Below, in pieces: positions 34,443 through 44,717 of a DNA stretch of 64,000 nucleotides. The notes under the pieces are model-generated. The model made no database searches. It was not told the origin of the DNA and saw only the letters and a program-made list of their open reading frames with translations. The translations under genes and the position numbers were made by a program. Each line of letters begins with the position of its first letter. The stretch's first letter is position 1. This DNA comes from an uncultured Bacillota bacterium. Its GTDB lineage: Bacteria; Bacillota; Clostridia; Christensenellales; UBA1242. The stretch is from the NCBI GenBank assembly GCA_900544595.1, contig UQVQ01000005.1, positions 7,440 through 71,439 on the forward strand. Direction: 5' to 3'.

Positions 34443-35093
34443 TTGCTCCAGAAATTCTGCATTATTGTCGCCTTCATTGGAAATTTGTTTGAACTTTATA
34501 AAAATTCGCAAATTTTCAACTTGAGGAAAAAGGAAACCTTTATTGAATGCTTGTCGGACTATCGTTGCCAAGTTTACACAATTTTTGACAAAAAACAATT
34601 TATTGGCTATTTTGCGCTTAAAAAAGGCGAAATTATTGAATTCTTCACATCTAAATTGGATGCACTTGAAAATATTATCTATCAAATTATTTCGCAATTA
34701 AATTTTGAAGATTTAAAAATTGTTATAAACCCTCTCCACACTAATTTGTGCGCCGCGTTTGACAAAATTGCACAACAAGTTTCCTTAACAGATGAATTGC
34801 ATTTTAAAGTTTATGACACAAAGAAATTTCTTGAAATGCTTTTCGCGATAAATTGTAAATTCCGAGAATTTAAAAATGCAAAAGAAGTTTATCAAATCGG
34901 AAACGAGATTATTCAAATTTCGGTTTTGAATGGCAAATTTGAAATTAAGAATTTGGCAAGAAGCGCAAAAATTAGTGCAACCTTTTCAAAACAAGAGTTT
35001 GTTCGATTTGCGCTCGGTTTAACAAAGAATTTCCAAATTAAGTCTGAAATTTTCCCTGTTGCTTTTGGGCTTGACAGATGCGATATGTTTTAA
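34443..35093 (+). CDS. Hypothetical protein (216 aa), possibly GNAT-related; only a TTG start is available
   Basis: The frame is closed by a TAA at 34395-34397, and there is no ATG before the TTG at 34443. The GYFALKKGEIIEFF segment is weakly GNAT-like. The gene may be truncated. Confidence 0.4.
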   Translation: MLQKFCIIVAFIGNLFELYKNSQIFNLRKKETFIECLSDYRCQVYTIFDKKQFIGYFALKKGEIIEFFTSKLDALENIIYQIISQLNFEDLKIVINPLHTNLCAAFDKIAQQVSLTDELHFKVYDTKKFLEMLFAINCKFREFKNAKEVYQIGNEIIQISVLNGKFEIKNLARSAKISATFSKQEFVRFALGLTKNFQIKSEIFPVAFGLDRCDMF

Positions 35094-35189
35094 ATAATCT
35101 CATAAATTTTATTAACACATAGTTAAATTGGCAAAAAAACACCGCTTTTTATTAGAGCAGTGTTTTTTTTGATTGATTGTTTGTTGCAA

Positions 35190-36128
35190 TTAAAATTTAA
35201 AGCGGTCAAGTTTTCTAATTGCGTCGAAATAAAATTTGTGCATTTTTTCTTTATCGACACCAACAGCAAGTTCAACTTTGCTGTTTTCGTCTTTATGAAT
35301 TGTTGTTTTGCCTGGAACTTCGTTAAGGTCAACGTCAATTGAAATTTTCTCGGTTTTAAAAAGCGATGGATTTCGGCACATTAAAACAGCGCAAGTGTCG
35401 TTGGTTGCAATTCGTTTATCGGTGTAGAATCTTTCCCAATAACCTTTATACATTGTTGCAAGGAATTTGCCTGTGTCGTTAATTTTTCCCATTTCTTCAA
35501 TTTGTTCTTCCGTGAAATTTGCAAGTTCGCGTCCCATTTTTGAAGGAACAATTGAAAGAGGAATTCCGCTGTGGGTTGTTATATAGAATGCCTCTGGGTC
35601 GCTTGAAACATTAAACGAAAGATGGTTTGCCCAGCGCTTGTCGTCGTTCTCATATCCATTTAAAGAGCAGCCTTCGCAGTATATGTGTGAAATCATATCT
35701 TTAACGTCTGGATGTTTAACAAGAAGGTTTCCAAGATTTGTGTGAGGGCCAAGAGCAATAATTTTAATTTCGCCAGGATATTTTTTAATTTTTTCATACA
35801 TTGCTTCAACAGCGTCTTGTTCAATTGGTTTTGTTTGAACTGTTTCTGGGGGAACATACCCGCCCATTCCAGATTTTTGATGGATATATGTTGCATCTTT
35901 TGGCTTGCGTTTCATTGGTTTTTCAGCCCCGCGCGCAAGAGGGATTTCGGTTCTGTGATATTTTTCAAGAAGGTGAAGAGCGTTTCTTGTTGTTAAGTCA
36001 ATCCCAACATTTCCGCTTACGCTTGTTATTAAAACAATGTCCAAAAACTCATCATATAAAGAAAGGATTATTGCGGCGCTGTCGTCAACGCCAGGGTCTG
36101 TGTCGATAATAACTTTTTGTTTTTCCAT
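35190..36128 (-). CDS. Nucleoside hydrolase (IUNH family)
   Basis: The N-terminal signature is VIIDTDPGVDDSAAI (DxDxxxDD). The length and the rest of the sequence fit the Rih family. Confidence 0.85.
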   Translation of the reverse strand: MEKQKVIIDTDPGVDDSAAIILSLYDEFLDIVLITSVSGNVGIDLTTRNALHLLEKYHRTEIPLARGAEKPMKRKPKDATYIHQKSGMGGYVPPETVQTKPIEQDAVEAMYEKIKKYPGEIKIIALGPHTNLGNLLVKHPDVKDMISHIYCEGCSLNGYENDDKRWANHLSFNVSSDPEAFYITTHSGIPLSIVPSKMGRELANFTEEQIEEMGKINDTGKFLATMYKGYWERFYTDKRIATNDTCAVLMCRNPSLFKTEKISIDVDLNEVPGKTTIHKDENSKVELAVGVDKEKMHKFYFDAIRKLDRFKF

Positions 36129-36268
36129 AATGTGTTTCCTTTTAATGTAAATTACATTAACAAATATATCACATTAAAGATTTTTCTCAAATACATTTTA
36201 ATCTTTTAAAATTAACAAATATAAATTTTGATCATATATTGGAATTAGAGCGGCACAAAGGAGAATTT

Positions 36269-37039
36269 ATGGCAAAAATTGAAAATATTTCGTCTTTAAT
36301 TTCCAAATATAGCCTTCCAGATGGTTCGCAAAAGGAAATTGATGTTAAAAGTAACGTTTCAACAACCGAAAATATGACAACATCTTTCCTTAAAGAAAAA
36401 AGCGCGGAAAAGAATTTTGGCATTCCAAGAGATGAAATTAAAATTACACTTAAACTAACGAATAACAGTGAATATGATGTTGAAAATGTTAAAATTAAAG
36501 ATGTAATTTCTCGAGGTGGTTCGTTTAAGCCTCTTTCATTAACAATTAACGGTGTTCCATTTGAAGACGAAAATCCAAGAATTGGAATAACCCTTTCAAG
36601 CCCAATTTCAAAACTGGGCGGAACAGCAGAAATTGCCTACATTCTCTTTATCGACGCCGCCCCTCGCGAAGATAATGTGACTGTGACTTCAGAAATAACC
36701 TATTCGGTTAACGAAGTTTCCAATCTTGTTGAAAACTCAAACACTGTTGAAATTCAAATTATTAAGGGAGCAATTGAAATCGTTAAAACAGCATCAAAAA
36801 ATGCGGTTATTTCTGGGCAAATTGTAAGTTTTGATAATGTTATAACAAACAATGGAACGGTTAAAAACACCAACCTCTTCTTCAAAGACGAACTCCCAGA
36901 GGGAACAGAATTTGTTGAAAATTCGGTTAAGGTTAACGATGTTTCAATGCCAAATTACAATCCAAACACGGGATTTAATTTGGAAGAACTTGACGTTAAC
37001 AAATCAATTAAAGTAAGTTTTGATGTTAGGGTTTTATAA
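36269..37039 (+). CDS. DUF11-type (conserved repeat domain) protein with two repeats and no signal peptide
   Basis: The start was moved to 36269 (AAAGGAGA RBS). The second repeat is IVKTASKNAVISGQIVSFDNVITNNGTVKNTNLFFKDELPEGTEFVENSVKVNDV...KVSFDVRV, which matches the DUF11 pattern. Confidence 0.6.
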   Translation: MAKIENISSLISKYSLPDGSQKEIDVKSNVSTTENMTTSFLKEKSAEKNFGIPRDEIKITLKLTNNSEYDVENVKIKDVISRGGSFKPLSLTINGVPFEDENPRIGITLSSPISKLGGTAEIAYILFIDAAPREDNVTVTSEITYSVNEVSNLVENSNTVEIQIIKGAIEIVKTASKNAVISGQIVSFDNVITNNGTVKNTNLFFKDELPEGTEFVENSVKVNDVSMPNYNPNTGFNLEELDVNKSIKVSFDVRVL

Positions 37040-37248
37040 TGACAAAAGTTTTAAAATTTCAATCGGTTTTAACAAGCAAAGAAAACGGGGTTTCAAAAAC
37101 ATATTACAGCAACGTTTTTGAACTTTCTGTTTTGCCAAAAACAGTTGTTGTTCCCGCGCCGTTTTATCCTTCAAAAACGTGCGAAAAGAAAACGATTAAG
37201 AGATGCAAAAATCCTTGCTTGCTGCTTTTCCTTTTAACAAAAATTTAA
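37039..37248 (+). CDS. Small hypothetical protein (69 aa) with a Cys/Lys-rich C-terminal half
   Basis: An ATAATG overlap with the DUF11 gene suggests translational coupling. I recognise no motif. Confidence 0.35.
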   Translation: MTKVLKFQSVLTSKENGVSKTYYSNVFELSVLPKTVVVPAPFYPSKTCEKKTIKRCKNPCLLLFLLTKI

Positions 37249-37284
37249 TGTTTAAGATTAAATAAAACTGGAAACAATTTCTAT

Positions 37285-38127
37285 ATGAAAAAAATCCCAG
37301 TTTTTTTAATGTCTTTTGTTATGATTTTTGCTTGTTTAATTGTTGGTTGCACGAAACTTACAGTTATTCGAAACGAAGTTGAAACTTGCGCCGCACTTTC
37401 AACAAAACTTGTTTCCGCGTTCTACAACAAAGAGGAAGGGGCAGAGTTAATTCAGCCAACAAACGAAAATTTCTATTTGGAAATTAGCGACGACGAAGAG
37501 CAAGATTTAACAGCAATAACAATTAACAATGTTATTTACAAAAAAGAAAAGATTTTTCGTTTCAGCGTTGGCAATAACAACTTCTTGGAAGTTCCAATTT
37601 GGAAACTTGAAGACGCGAAAATGTATGTTGCGCTTCCAGTTCTCTATGCCGAAGCAAAGGGTGGAATAACTAAGATTGAGGCGGGCAAAAGGAACTATTC
37701 AATTCGCGTTTTCAATGAAGCGGGAAGCGTTAGTATTGGTGAGGTTGGTGTTTTTCATGAAAAAGAGGGGGCAACTGCAACAAAACAAGCCGATTCTGCG
37801 GGGGAGATTATTGTTAAACATTCTCGGCAAAACGGACAAACAAGCGTTGGTTTTGTTTTAACAAAATCGAACAAACCTCTTGAAAAAGGTCTTACCATTT
37901 ACACGCGAAAATATTTTGAAGATAACAATTCAATTTCATATGGTGTTGACGTAACGTCTTCATCGGAAGAAACGGGGTTTACTTTTGAGTTTTATAACTA
38001 CTATCAAAAAGGGGCAATAACAACGCCGAAAAATCGAACAATAAAATATTCCGTTGCTGTTGTTACAAAAGGGAACATTACTTTTGAACTTCAAATAAAC
38101 GAAAAAATTCCAGAAAATAGAGGATAA
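37285..38127 (+). CDS. Hypothetical lipoprotein (280 aa)
   Basis: The signal and lipobox are MKKIPVFLMSFVMIFACLIVGC. Confidence 0.65.
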   Translation: MKKIPVFLMSFVMIFACLIVGCTKLTVIRNEVETCAALSTKLVSAFYNKEEGAELIQPTNENFYLEISDDEEQDLTAITINNVIYKKEKIFRFSVGNNNFLEVPIWKLEDAKMYVALPVLYAEAKGGITKIEAGKRNYSIRVFNEAGSVSIGEVGVFHEKEGATATKQADSAGEIIVKHSRQNGQTSVGFVLTKSNKPLEKGLTIYTRKYFEDNNSISYGVDVTSSSEETGFTFEFYNYYQKGAITTPKNRTIKYSVAVVTKGNITFELQINEKIPENRG

Positions 38128-38156
38128 AAAAACAAGGCAACTTGCCTTGTTTTTTA
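38126..38156. terminator. Bidirectional terminator between convergent genes
   Basis: ACAAGGCA (38132-38139) pairs with TGCCTTGT (38143-38150). It is flanked by an A-run and a T-run. Confidence 0.75.
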
Positions 38157-39305
38157 TAACTCTGCAATGATTTTGGCAATTTCGTCTGCGCCGTTTTGTT
38201 GAGGGTTAAAATGTTTTGTGTTTTCAATATATGGCTTTAATTTTTCTTTGTTGTTTGCAAAATCTTCAACAAGAAGTTTTGCTTTTTTTGCATCTTTACA
38301 GAATAATCCAACTTTATAGTGGTTAACAAACAAATCGCTTGTTGCTTTTTCAATTGGTCCGCTATAAAAGTTTGTTAAAACAGGAGTTCCCATAAAAATG
38401 CTGTCTAAAATTGCGTTTGGGCCTGCTTTTGTTATAAACAAATCTGCTGCTTTGTATATCTCTTGAACATCGCTAACAAAAGGGAAAGGGCGAAGAACAA
38501 TGTTTGGTTTCGTTTTGTCTTTAAGAGAGTTATACTTAGCCAAAACTTTTTCGTTTTTCCCAGCAATTGGAACGATTGTTAAATTTATGCTGGATTTCAA
38601 AAGCTCGTCGGTGAACCTCTCAAGATTTGCGCTTGCATAAGCACCATCGGCAAGAACAACCGTGAAATTGTCTTTTGGAAAACCATATTTTTCTCGGTAG
38701 AAATCTTTGCTTTCTGTTGTGTTAACAACCGATTCTCTTGTTATGAAATTAACTTGCTTAACTGTTTCTTTTTTGAAATGCTTTTTTGAAATTGCTTCCT
38801 CTGTTGCTTTATCGTTGTTTGTTATAAACAAATCTCCCTCGCGTGTCCACCAGCCGTGAACATTTGGGTCTGGGTCGTAGGTTACAATTTTTGTGTTTTG
38901 AAGTTTGCCTTTTTTCTTTGCGCATGCTGCAAAATGGCTTGGGCAAAAATGAGTTGAAACAATAACATCTGGGTTAATTTCTTCGAAATGTTTAATGATT
39001 TTGTTTTTAACTTTTCTAAAGACGGTGTTGTAGGTGAAATTAAGAGTTCCAACTTCCGTAAACAGTTTCATTGCAACACATTGAAAGCCAAGGTGGAGAG
39101 GGTTTTTATTCGATCTTTTAACTTCTTTAACTAAGAATTTTTCATATTTAATCAAATCCTTATCGCCACTGTCGCGGAATATATAGTCGCGAATTACTTC
39201 AACGGAATCACCATAAAGTTTTTCAAGCCCGTTTGCAATTGCTTCAGCTGTTACGATGTGTCCTTGCCCAGCCTCAACAAAAGTTATTAAAACTCTTTTT
39301 TTCAT
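38154..39305 (-). CDS. GT28-family glycolipid glycosyltransferase (MGDG synthase/UgtP-like diacylglycerol glycosyltransferase)
   Basis: The N-terminus RVLITFVEAGQGHIVTAEAIANGLEKLYG is an MGDG-synthase-type motif. The C-terminal GT-B half contains KAGPNAILDS. Confidence 0.7.
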   Translation of the reverse strand: MKKRVLITFVEAGQGHIVTAEAIANGLEKLYGDSVEVIRDYIFRDSGDKDLIKYEKFLVKEVKRSNKNPLHLGFQCVAMKLFTEVGTLNFTYNTVFRKVKNKIIKHFEEINPDVIVSTHFCPSHFAACAKKKGKLQNTKIVTYDPDPNVHGWWTREGDLFITNNDKATEEAISKKHFKKETVKQVNFITRESVVNTTESKDFYREKYGFPKDNFTVVLADGAYASANLERFTDELLKSSINLTIVPIAGKNEKVLAKYNSLKDKTKPNIVLRPFPFVSDVQEIYKAADLFITKAGPNAILDSIFMGTPVLTNFYSGPIEKATSDLFVNHYKVGLFCKDAKKAKLLVEDFANNKEKLKPYIENTKHFNPQQNGADEIAKIIAEL

Positions 39306-40501
39306 GCGCCTTTCTCCGTTTTGTGTTTTTGTTTATAGTCGTCGATAATTCGATAGTATGTTTCAAGAATTTCGTCTGTAACTGCTTTATCGCTGTAAAC
39401 ACGATAGAGCGTTTTATAAGCTTGCTTTCCAATTTCAACAAGTTTTTCCTTGTTTTCATAAGCCCAAAGCATTTTGTTGGCATAGCTTTGAGGCTCATTA
39501 TCTGCAATAAGCCCGTTAACCATATCGGTCATTTTTTCTGCTGGCGCCATATTTTTAATAACTAGAGTTGGTTTTGAATATGCCGCTGCTTCAACTTGAA
39601 TGAGCCCTGCGGAATCCATGTAGGAAGGGAAAAGAACAAGATTTGCGCGCGCATAGTAAGCGGCAAGAAGATCGCGGTCTTTAACCATTCCGGTCATAAT
39701 TATATAGTTTTCAAGCCCAAGTTTTTTAACTCTTGCTTGCGTCTTTTTAAAGTAGTCGCCGTCGCCAACAAGGAAAATTTTAAGATTCAAGTTTTTGTCT
39801 TTCAAAAGGTTCATTGCGTCAATAATGAGGTCAACATTTTTAACTTTAACCATTCTTGAAACAAATGTCATAACAAAGGTGTCTTTTGAAATGTTGTGTA
39901 ACTTGTTAATTCTTTCTTCAAGTTCCTCTGTGTTTGATGGGGCAACAAATTCAATTGCATTATTCATAACTGTAACATCTTTTGTAACTCCAAATGGACG
40001 AACGTAATCGCGGCAATATCCAGTAACCGCCCAAACATAGTCGGCTTTGTTTGTTTTTTTCATAAAGTGTGATGTGATTAAATTTGCAATGTGTTCGCTT
40101 CGAACATAGTGTTTAACATCTGGTTTAAAAATACTGTGGACTGTTGCAACAACTGGAATGTTAAGTTTTTTTCCAACTTTAAATGCATAGTTCATAAGGT
40201 TGGCTGGGGAATGGCAGTGGATAATGTCATAGCCGCCTTCTTCAACTTCTTTTCTAAACTTTTTGTCTAAGCCAGGATATGCCAAGCCATCAGATGTTAT
40301 TGCGTTGTTATATCCTTTACATCTTAAAATTTTGTATGGACGCTCTGGGTCGGTGTAGTTTTTTGCCTTAACTGTTCCAACTGTAACATCGGCATATTTG
40401 CTAAGAGCAATGCTGCTTCTATCAACAACTGTGCTAATTCCGCCAACAACAGGGAAATAAGTGTCGATTAAATTTAAAATTTTAAGCCTTTTTCTTTCCA
40501 T
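39302..40501 (-). CDS. GT4-family glycosyltransferase
   Basis: The start was moved to 40501 (AGGAGG RBS). The N-terminus is LKILNLIDTYFPVVGGISTVV, and the GT4 C-terminal EX7E-type region is GLIQVEAAAYSKPTLV. A 4-nt overlap with the GT28 gene is present. Confidence 0.8.
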   Translation of the reverse strand: MERKRLKILNLIDTYFPVVGGISTVVDRSSIALSKYADVTVGTVKAKNYTDPERPYKILRCKGYNNAITSDGLAYPGLDKKFRKEVEEGGYDIIHCHSPANLMNYAFKVGKKLNIPVVATVHSIFKPDVKHYVRSEHIANLITSHFMKKTNKADYVWAVTGYCRDYVRPFGVTKDVTVMNNAIEFVAPSNTEELEERINKLHNISKDTFVMTFVSRMVKVKNVDLIIDAMNLLKDKNLNLKIFLVGDGDYFKKTQARVKKLGLENYIIMTGMVKDRDLLAAYYARANLVLFPSYMDSAGLIQVEAAAYSKPTLVIKNMAPAEKMTDMVNGLIADNEPQSYANKMLWAYENKEKLVEIGKQAYKTLYRVYSDKAVTDEILETYYRIIDDYKQKHKTEKGA

Positions 40502-40582
40502 AATTGTTCCTCCTTGAACTTTGGGATATTTGTATTGTATCATATAGTTATAATAAAAACAAATGTAAATGGGAAAAAACAT

Positions 40583-40611
40583 TTGACTAAATCACTCGTG
40601 GAAAGTATAAT
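40583..40611 (+). promoter_or_regulatory. SigmaA-type promoter of valS
   Basis: TTGACT (40583-40588), a 17-nt spacer, then TATAAT (40606-40611), 45 nt upstream of the ATG. Confidence 0.6.
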
Positions 40612-40656
40612 AATTTTGCACTAATTTTGAGGTGCAAATTTTTTACGAGGGCAAAA

Positions 40657-43050
40657 ATGTTAGACAATAGATATAATTTTTTGGAAAGTGAACCTAAATG
40701 GCAAAAATTCTGGCAAGACGAAGGAATTTATAAATTTAATCCTTCTTCAAATAAAGAAACTTTTTCAATCGACACTCCGCCTCCAACAGTAAGTGGGAAA
40801 ATTCACATTGGACATATTTTTTCTTATAGTCAAGCGGAGTTTGTTGCAAGATATAAAAGAATGACGGGATATAATGTTTTCTATCCTTTTGGCTTCGATG
40901 ATAATGGACTTCCAACCGAACGCCTTGTTGAAAAAGAATTTGGAATTAAAGCGCACGAGGTTTCAAGAGAAGAATTCCGCGACAAATGTATGGAAGTTGC
41001 AAAAAAATATGAACAAGATTTTCGCAATTTGTTTATTGCCGCAGGAAACAGTGCAGATTTCTCGCTTTGCTATTCAACGGTTAGCCCAGAAGTTCAAAAA
41101 ATTTCTCAAAAATCTTTTCTCGAACTTGTTAAAGCGGGCGAGGCATATTATGGCGAGCGCCCTGCAATTTGGTGCCCAGAATGTCGAATTTCAATTGCGC
41201 AAGCCGAACTTGAAAGCAAAGATATTGAAAGCTCTTTTAATCATTTGAAATTTAACATTGCTGGCGAAAACGATTATTTGGAAATTGCAACAACACGTCC
41301 TGAAATGCTTTGCGCGTGTGTTTGCGTTTTTGTTAACCCAAACGACGAAAGATATAAAAAATATGTTGGCAAAAAGGTTATTGTTCCTCTTTATAACTTT
41401 GAAGTTGAAGTTTTAACCGACGACAAAGCAGCAATCGACAAAGGAACAGGCGTTGTTATGTGCTGCACATATGGCGACGAAACCGACCTTTTCTGGCAAC
41501 AATCACATAATCTCCCTGTTAAAGTTGCAATTGACGACGGCGGAAGAATGACAGCGCTTGCTGGGAAATATGAAGGAATGAAAGTTAAGGCTGCAAGAGA
41601 GGCTGTTATTGCCGACCTTAAAGAAGCAGGTCTTCTTTTAAAACAAGAACCACTTGTTCATGCTGTTGCAACCCACGAACGCTGTGGAACACCAATGGAA
41701 ATTAACATTAAAAAACAATGGTTTATTAAACTTGTTGACCATAAAGAAGAATTTTTAAAACGCGGAGAACAAATTAAATGGTTCCCAGAATTTATGAAAA
41801 GCCGCTACACAAATTGGGTTGAAAATGTCGACCGCGATTGGTGCATTTCTCGTCAAAGATATTTTGGCGTTCCAATTCCTGTTTGGTATTGCGAAAAATG
41901 TGGCGAAATAATTTTGCCAGACGAGCAAGATCTTCCTGTTAACCCTCTTGTTTCTTCGCCAAAGCATGCTTGTCCTAAATGCGGAAGCACATCTTTCCGC
42001 CCTGAAACAGACATTTTCGACACATGGCAAACTTCGTCAATAACTCCTCAAATCAACTGCAAATGGGGAACAGACGAAAAATTCTATGAAAAAATGATGC
42101 CAATGAGCCTTCGTCCAAATGCTCACGACATTATTAGAACTTGGGACTTCTACACAATTGCAAAATCCCACTATCATTCAAACTCTTTGCCATGGAAAAA
42201 TGTTATGATTTCTGGGTTTGTTATGGCAAACAAGGACGAAAAAATTTCAAAGAGCAAATCTAACTCCAAAATGTCGCCAGAAACTTTGATTAAAGAAAAA
42301 TCTGCCGATGTAACTCGTTATTGGGCAAGCACTGGAAGCCTTGGCCGTGACATTATTTTCACGGACGAAGAATTCAAAAATGGCACAAAACTTGTTAACA
42401 AAATTTGGAATGCATCCCGCTTTGTTCTTTCTCTTCTTGGCGAATATAAACCAGAAAAAATTGACCTTCTTCCAATGGATAAATGGATTATTGGGAAATT
42501 TAATCAAATGCAACGCAAATTTAAAGATTATTTTGAAAAATATGAAATTGGTCTTGCAATTGGCGAACTTGAAAAATTCTTCTGGAATTTCTGCGATAAT
42601 TATATTGAAATTGCAAAGAAAAGACTTTATAATCCAGACATTTATGGTTTGGACGCAACAAACAGCGCAAAATTTGCTTCATATAATGTTCTTCTTGGAA
42701 TGCTTAAACTTTTTGCAATCTATTTGCCACATATAACGGAAGAGATTTATCAAGCATATTTCCGCGAAATTGAAGGCGAAAAATCAATTCATTTAACACA
42801 ACTTACTCCAATCGACGAAGAAATTGACGCCGAAACTGTTGAAAATGGCGACGAGGTTGCGCAAATTGTTTCAAAAATTCGCGCATTCAAATCGGAAAAT
42901 AACCTTTCGCTTAAAGAGGAACTTTCAAAGGTAACACTTGTTGGCTATGGCGATTTTGTTAAAGCCTGCGAAGTTGATATTAAAGCTGTTGGCTCAATTG
43001 TTTCGCTTGAATTCGAAGATGGCGAAAAAGATGTTAAAATTGTTAAATAA
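40657..43050 (+). CDS. valS: Valine--tRNA ligase (short form without the C-terminal coiled coil)
   Basis: Class I motifs are present: PPPTVSGKIHIGH and KISKSKSN. Also present are TTRPEMLCACVCVFVNPNDERY and WCISRQRYFGVPIPVW. The start was moved to the ATG at 40657. Confidence 0.8.
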   Translation: MLDNRYNFLESEPKWQKFWQDEGIYKFNPSSNKETFSIDTPPPTVSGKIHIGHIFSYSQAEFVARYKRMTGYNVFYPFGFDDNGLPTERLVEKEFGIKAHEVSREEFRDKCMEVAKKYEQDFRNLFIAAGNSADFSLCYSTVSPEVQKISQKSFLELVKAGEAYYGERPAIWCPECRISIAQAELESKDIESSFNHLKFNIAGENDYLEIATTRPEMLCACVCVFVNPNDERYKKYVGKKVIVPLYNFEVEVLTDDKAAIDKGTGVVMCCTYGDETDLFWQQSHNLPVKVAIDDGGRMTALAGKYEGMKVKAAREAVIADLKEAGLLLKQEPLVHAVATHERCGTPMEINIKKQWFIKLVDHKEEFLKRGEQIKWFPEFMKSRYTNWVENVDRDWCISRQRYFGVPIPVWYCEKCGEIILPDEQDLPVNPLVSSPKHACPKCGSTSFRPETDIFDTWQTSSITPQINCKWGTDEKFYEKMMPMSLRPNAHDIIRTWDFYTIAKSHYHSNSLPWKNVMISGFVMANKDEKISKSKSNSKMSPETLIKEKSADVTRYWASTGSLGRDIIFTDEEFKNGTKLVNKIWNASRFVLSLLGEYKPEKIDLLPMDKWIIGKFNQMQRKFKDYFEKYEIGLAIGELEKFFWNFCDNYIEIAKKRLYNPDIYGLDATNSAKFASYNVLLGMLKLFAIYLPHITEEIYQAYFREIEGEKSIHLTQLTPIDEEIDAETVENGDEVAQIVSKIRAFKSENNLSLKEELSKVTLVGYGDFVKACEVDIKAVGSIVSLEFEDGEKDVKIVK

Positions 43051-43120
43051 CGATAAATATTATCGAAAAAACTTAAATTTAAACTTAAAATCATAAATTT
43101 TTAATATAAAGGAGCAAAAA

Positions 43121-44371
43121 ATGAAGGATCATATAACACCTAATTTATTGAAACTTGCACGACTTTTTAAGAAGAAAGGCGAACTTTATATTGTTGGTGG
43201 ATATGTTCGAAATGCTCTTTTAGGAATTTATGAAACAGACATTGACCTTGCAAGTAAGCTTACAAACGACGAGGTTAAAGAGGTTTTGTTTGGAACAAAA
43301 TATGAAGTTAAAGAAACTTCAAAAAAACTTGGAACTCTTGTTATTTCGCTTGGCGAAGAAAAATGGGAACACACAACATTTAGAAAAGAAGAATATGCTG
43401 AAGGGGGCGAGCACGTTCCTTCAAATGTTGAATTTATAACCGACATTCGCGAGGACGCAAAACGTCGCGATTTCACAGTTAACGCAATCTACTATAACAT
43501 CTTAAAAGATAAGTTCGTTGATTTCTATGACGGAATTCGTGATGTTAAACGAAAACTTATTCGCGCGGTTGAAACGCCAGCATATGTTTTTGGAAATGAC
43601 GGACTTCGAATTTTAAGAATGGTTCGTATTGCAAGCGAACTTGGATTTTCAATTCAAGGCGAAACAATGGTTACGGCATATGAAATGCGCGAAAATCTTA
43701 ATGATATTTCGGGCGCACGCAAATTTTCCGAACTTAACTTAATTTTAAACTCGCCAAAAAGATATAAAGTTAGCAAGCCAAATTCCTATTTGTTTGGACT
43801 TCAAGTTTTTAATATGTTAAGGCTTTGGAAATATTATAACAGTCCAGTTCTAAGGGTTCGTTTTAATCTTGTTAAAAAAGTTAAACCAGAGGCAAGATTT
43901 GTTGCTCTTTTGATTGACATTATTTCAAGTTCAAAATATAAAAAAGAAGACCATGCGGAACTTGTTAATCAACTTCTTGGAAGGTTTGGACTTTGTTTTC
44001 CAGAAACAAAAATTGAATATTATAGGCACATTGTTTGTGGTTATTATGATGCCCTTGCAAAAACCGAAAATAAAGAATATTTTATTGAATATTTTGAAGA
44101 TTTTGCAATAATTTCGGAATTATTAGAGAAAAAATCGAAAAAAATCTATAAAAAATATGATTTCTTCTATAATTATCTTAAAAACAACAAAATTCCAATT
44201 CGTTTAAAGGATTTGAAAATTAACGGGCTTGACATCAAAACAAAATATCCAAAAATTAAAGATAAGTATTATAAAGTTATTTTAACCGAACTTCTTAGCA
44301 AGGTTTTCGACGGGGCAATTCGAAACGAAAAAGAACTTCTTTTGGAAGAAGTTGGGAAAATTAAAGCTTAA
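43121..44371 (+). CDS. cca: CCA-adding enzyme/tRNA nucleotidyltransferase family protein
   Basis: The PolyA_pol head motifs are LYIVGGYVRNALLG...DIDLA and RRDFTVNAIYYN. Confidence 0.75.
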   Translation: MKDHITPNLLKLARLFKKKGELYIVGGYVRNALLGIYETDIDLASKLTNDEVKEVLFGTKYEVKETSKKLGTLVISLGEEKWEHTTFRKEEYAEGGEHVPSNVEFITDIREDAKRRDFTVNAIYYNILKDKFVDFYDGIRDVKRKLIRAVETPAYVFGNDGLRILRMVRIASELGFSIQGETMVTAYEMRENLNDISGARKFSELNLILNSPKRYKVSKPNSYLFGLQVFNMLRLWKYYNSPVLRVRFNLVKKVKPEARFVALLIDIISSSKYKKEDHAELVNQLLGRFGLCFPETKIEYYRHIVCGYYDALAKTENKEYFIEYFEDFAIISELLEKKSKKIYKKYDFFYNYLKNNKIPIRLKDLKINGLDIKTKYPKIKDKYYKVILTELLSKVFDGAIRNEKELLLEEVGKIKA

Positions 44372-44465
44372 CAAAAACTCTTATGCTGCGCAAGATGATT
44401 TGAAATTTGCGGCGTGAGAGTTTTTTAATATAGAAAAACGCACCAAGAAAGATGCGTTTTTGTTT

Positions 44466-44717
44466 TTATAATTCTCTAATGTCATCTGCGGTTCGATTAA
44501 ACGAAGATACTTTAAAGTTTTTGTTTTTTGGAAAACTTCCAAATTTTTTGTTTTCCGTTTTCAAAATTTCTTTTTTTGAACGATTTTGAAAGTTAACTTT
44601 TAAAGTTGAGAAATTTGAAACTGCTTTAAAATCGACATAGTCGTATGGGTTAAACTCGCTATATGTTCCAATTATGGCCGACGCCAAAGCGATAAGTTCG
44701 CGATTTTTATTGCTCAT
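44466..44717 (-). CDS. Small hypothetical protein (83 aa) overlapping the gyrA 3' end by 11 nt
   Basis: Supported only by the ORF. The overlap with gyrA could indicate coupling, or the ORF may be spurious. Confidence 0.3.
   Translation of the reverse strand: MSNKNRELIALASAIIGTYSEFNPYDYVDFKAVSNFSTLKVNFQNRSKKEILKTENKKFGSFPKNKNFKVSSFNRTADDIREL

Noticed and set aside
40612-40656. A hairpin plus T-run (TTTGCAC...GTGCAAA TTTTTT) between the valS promoter and start codon, considered as an attenuator; a T-box leader was also sought
   Set aside because: With the -10 at 40606-40611, the predicted transcription start falls inside the 5' arm. Most of the stem would therefore not be transcribed. The leader (~40 nt) is far too short for a T-box, and no T-box or specifier features are visible.
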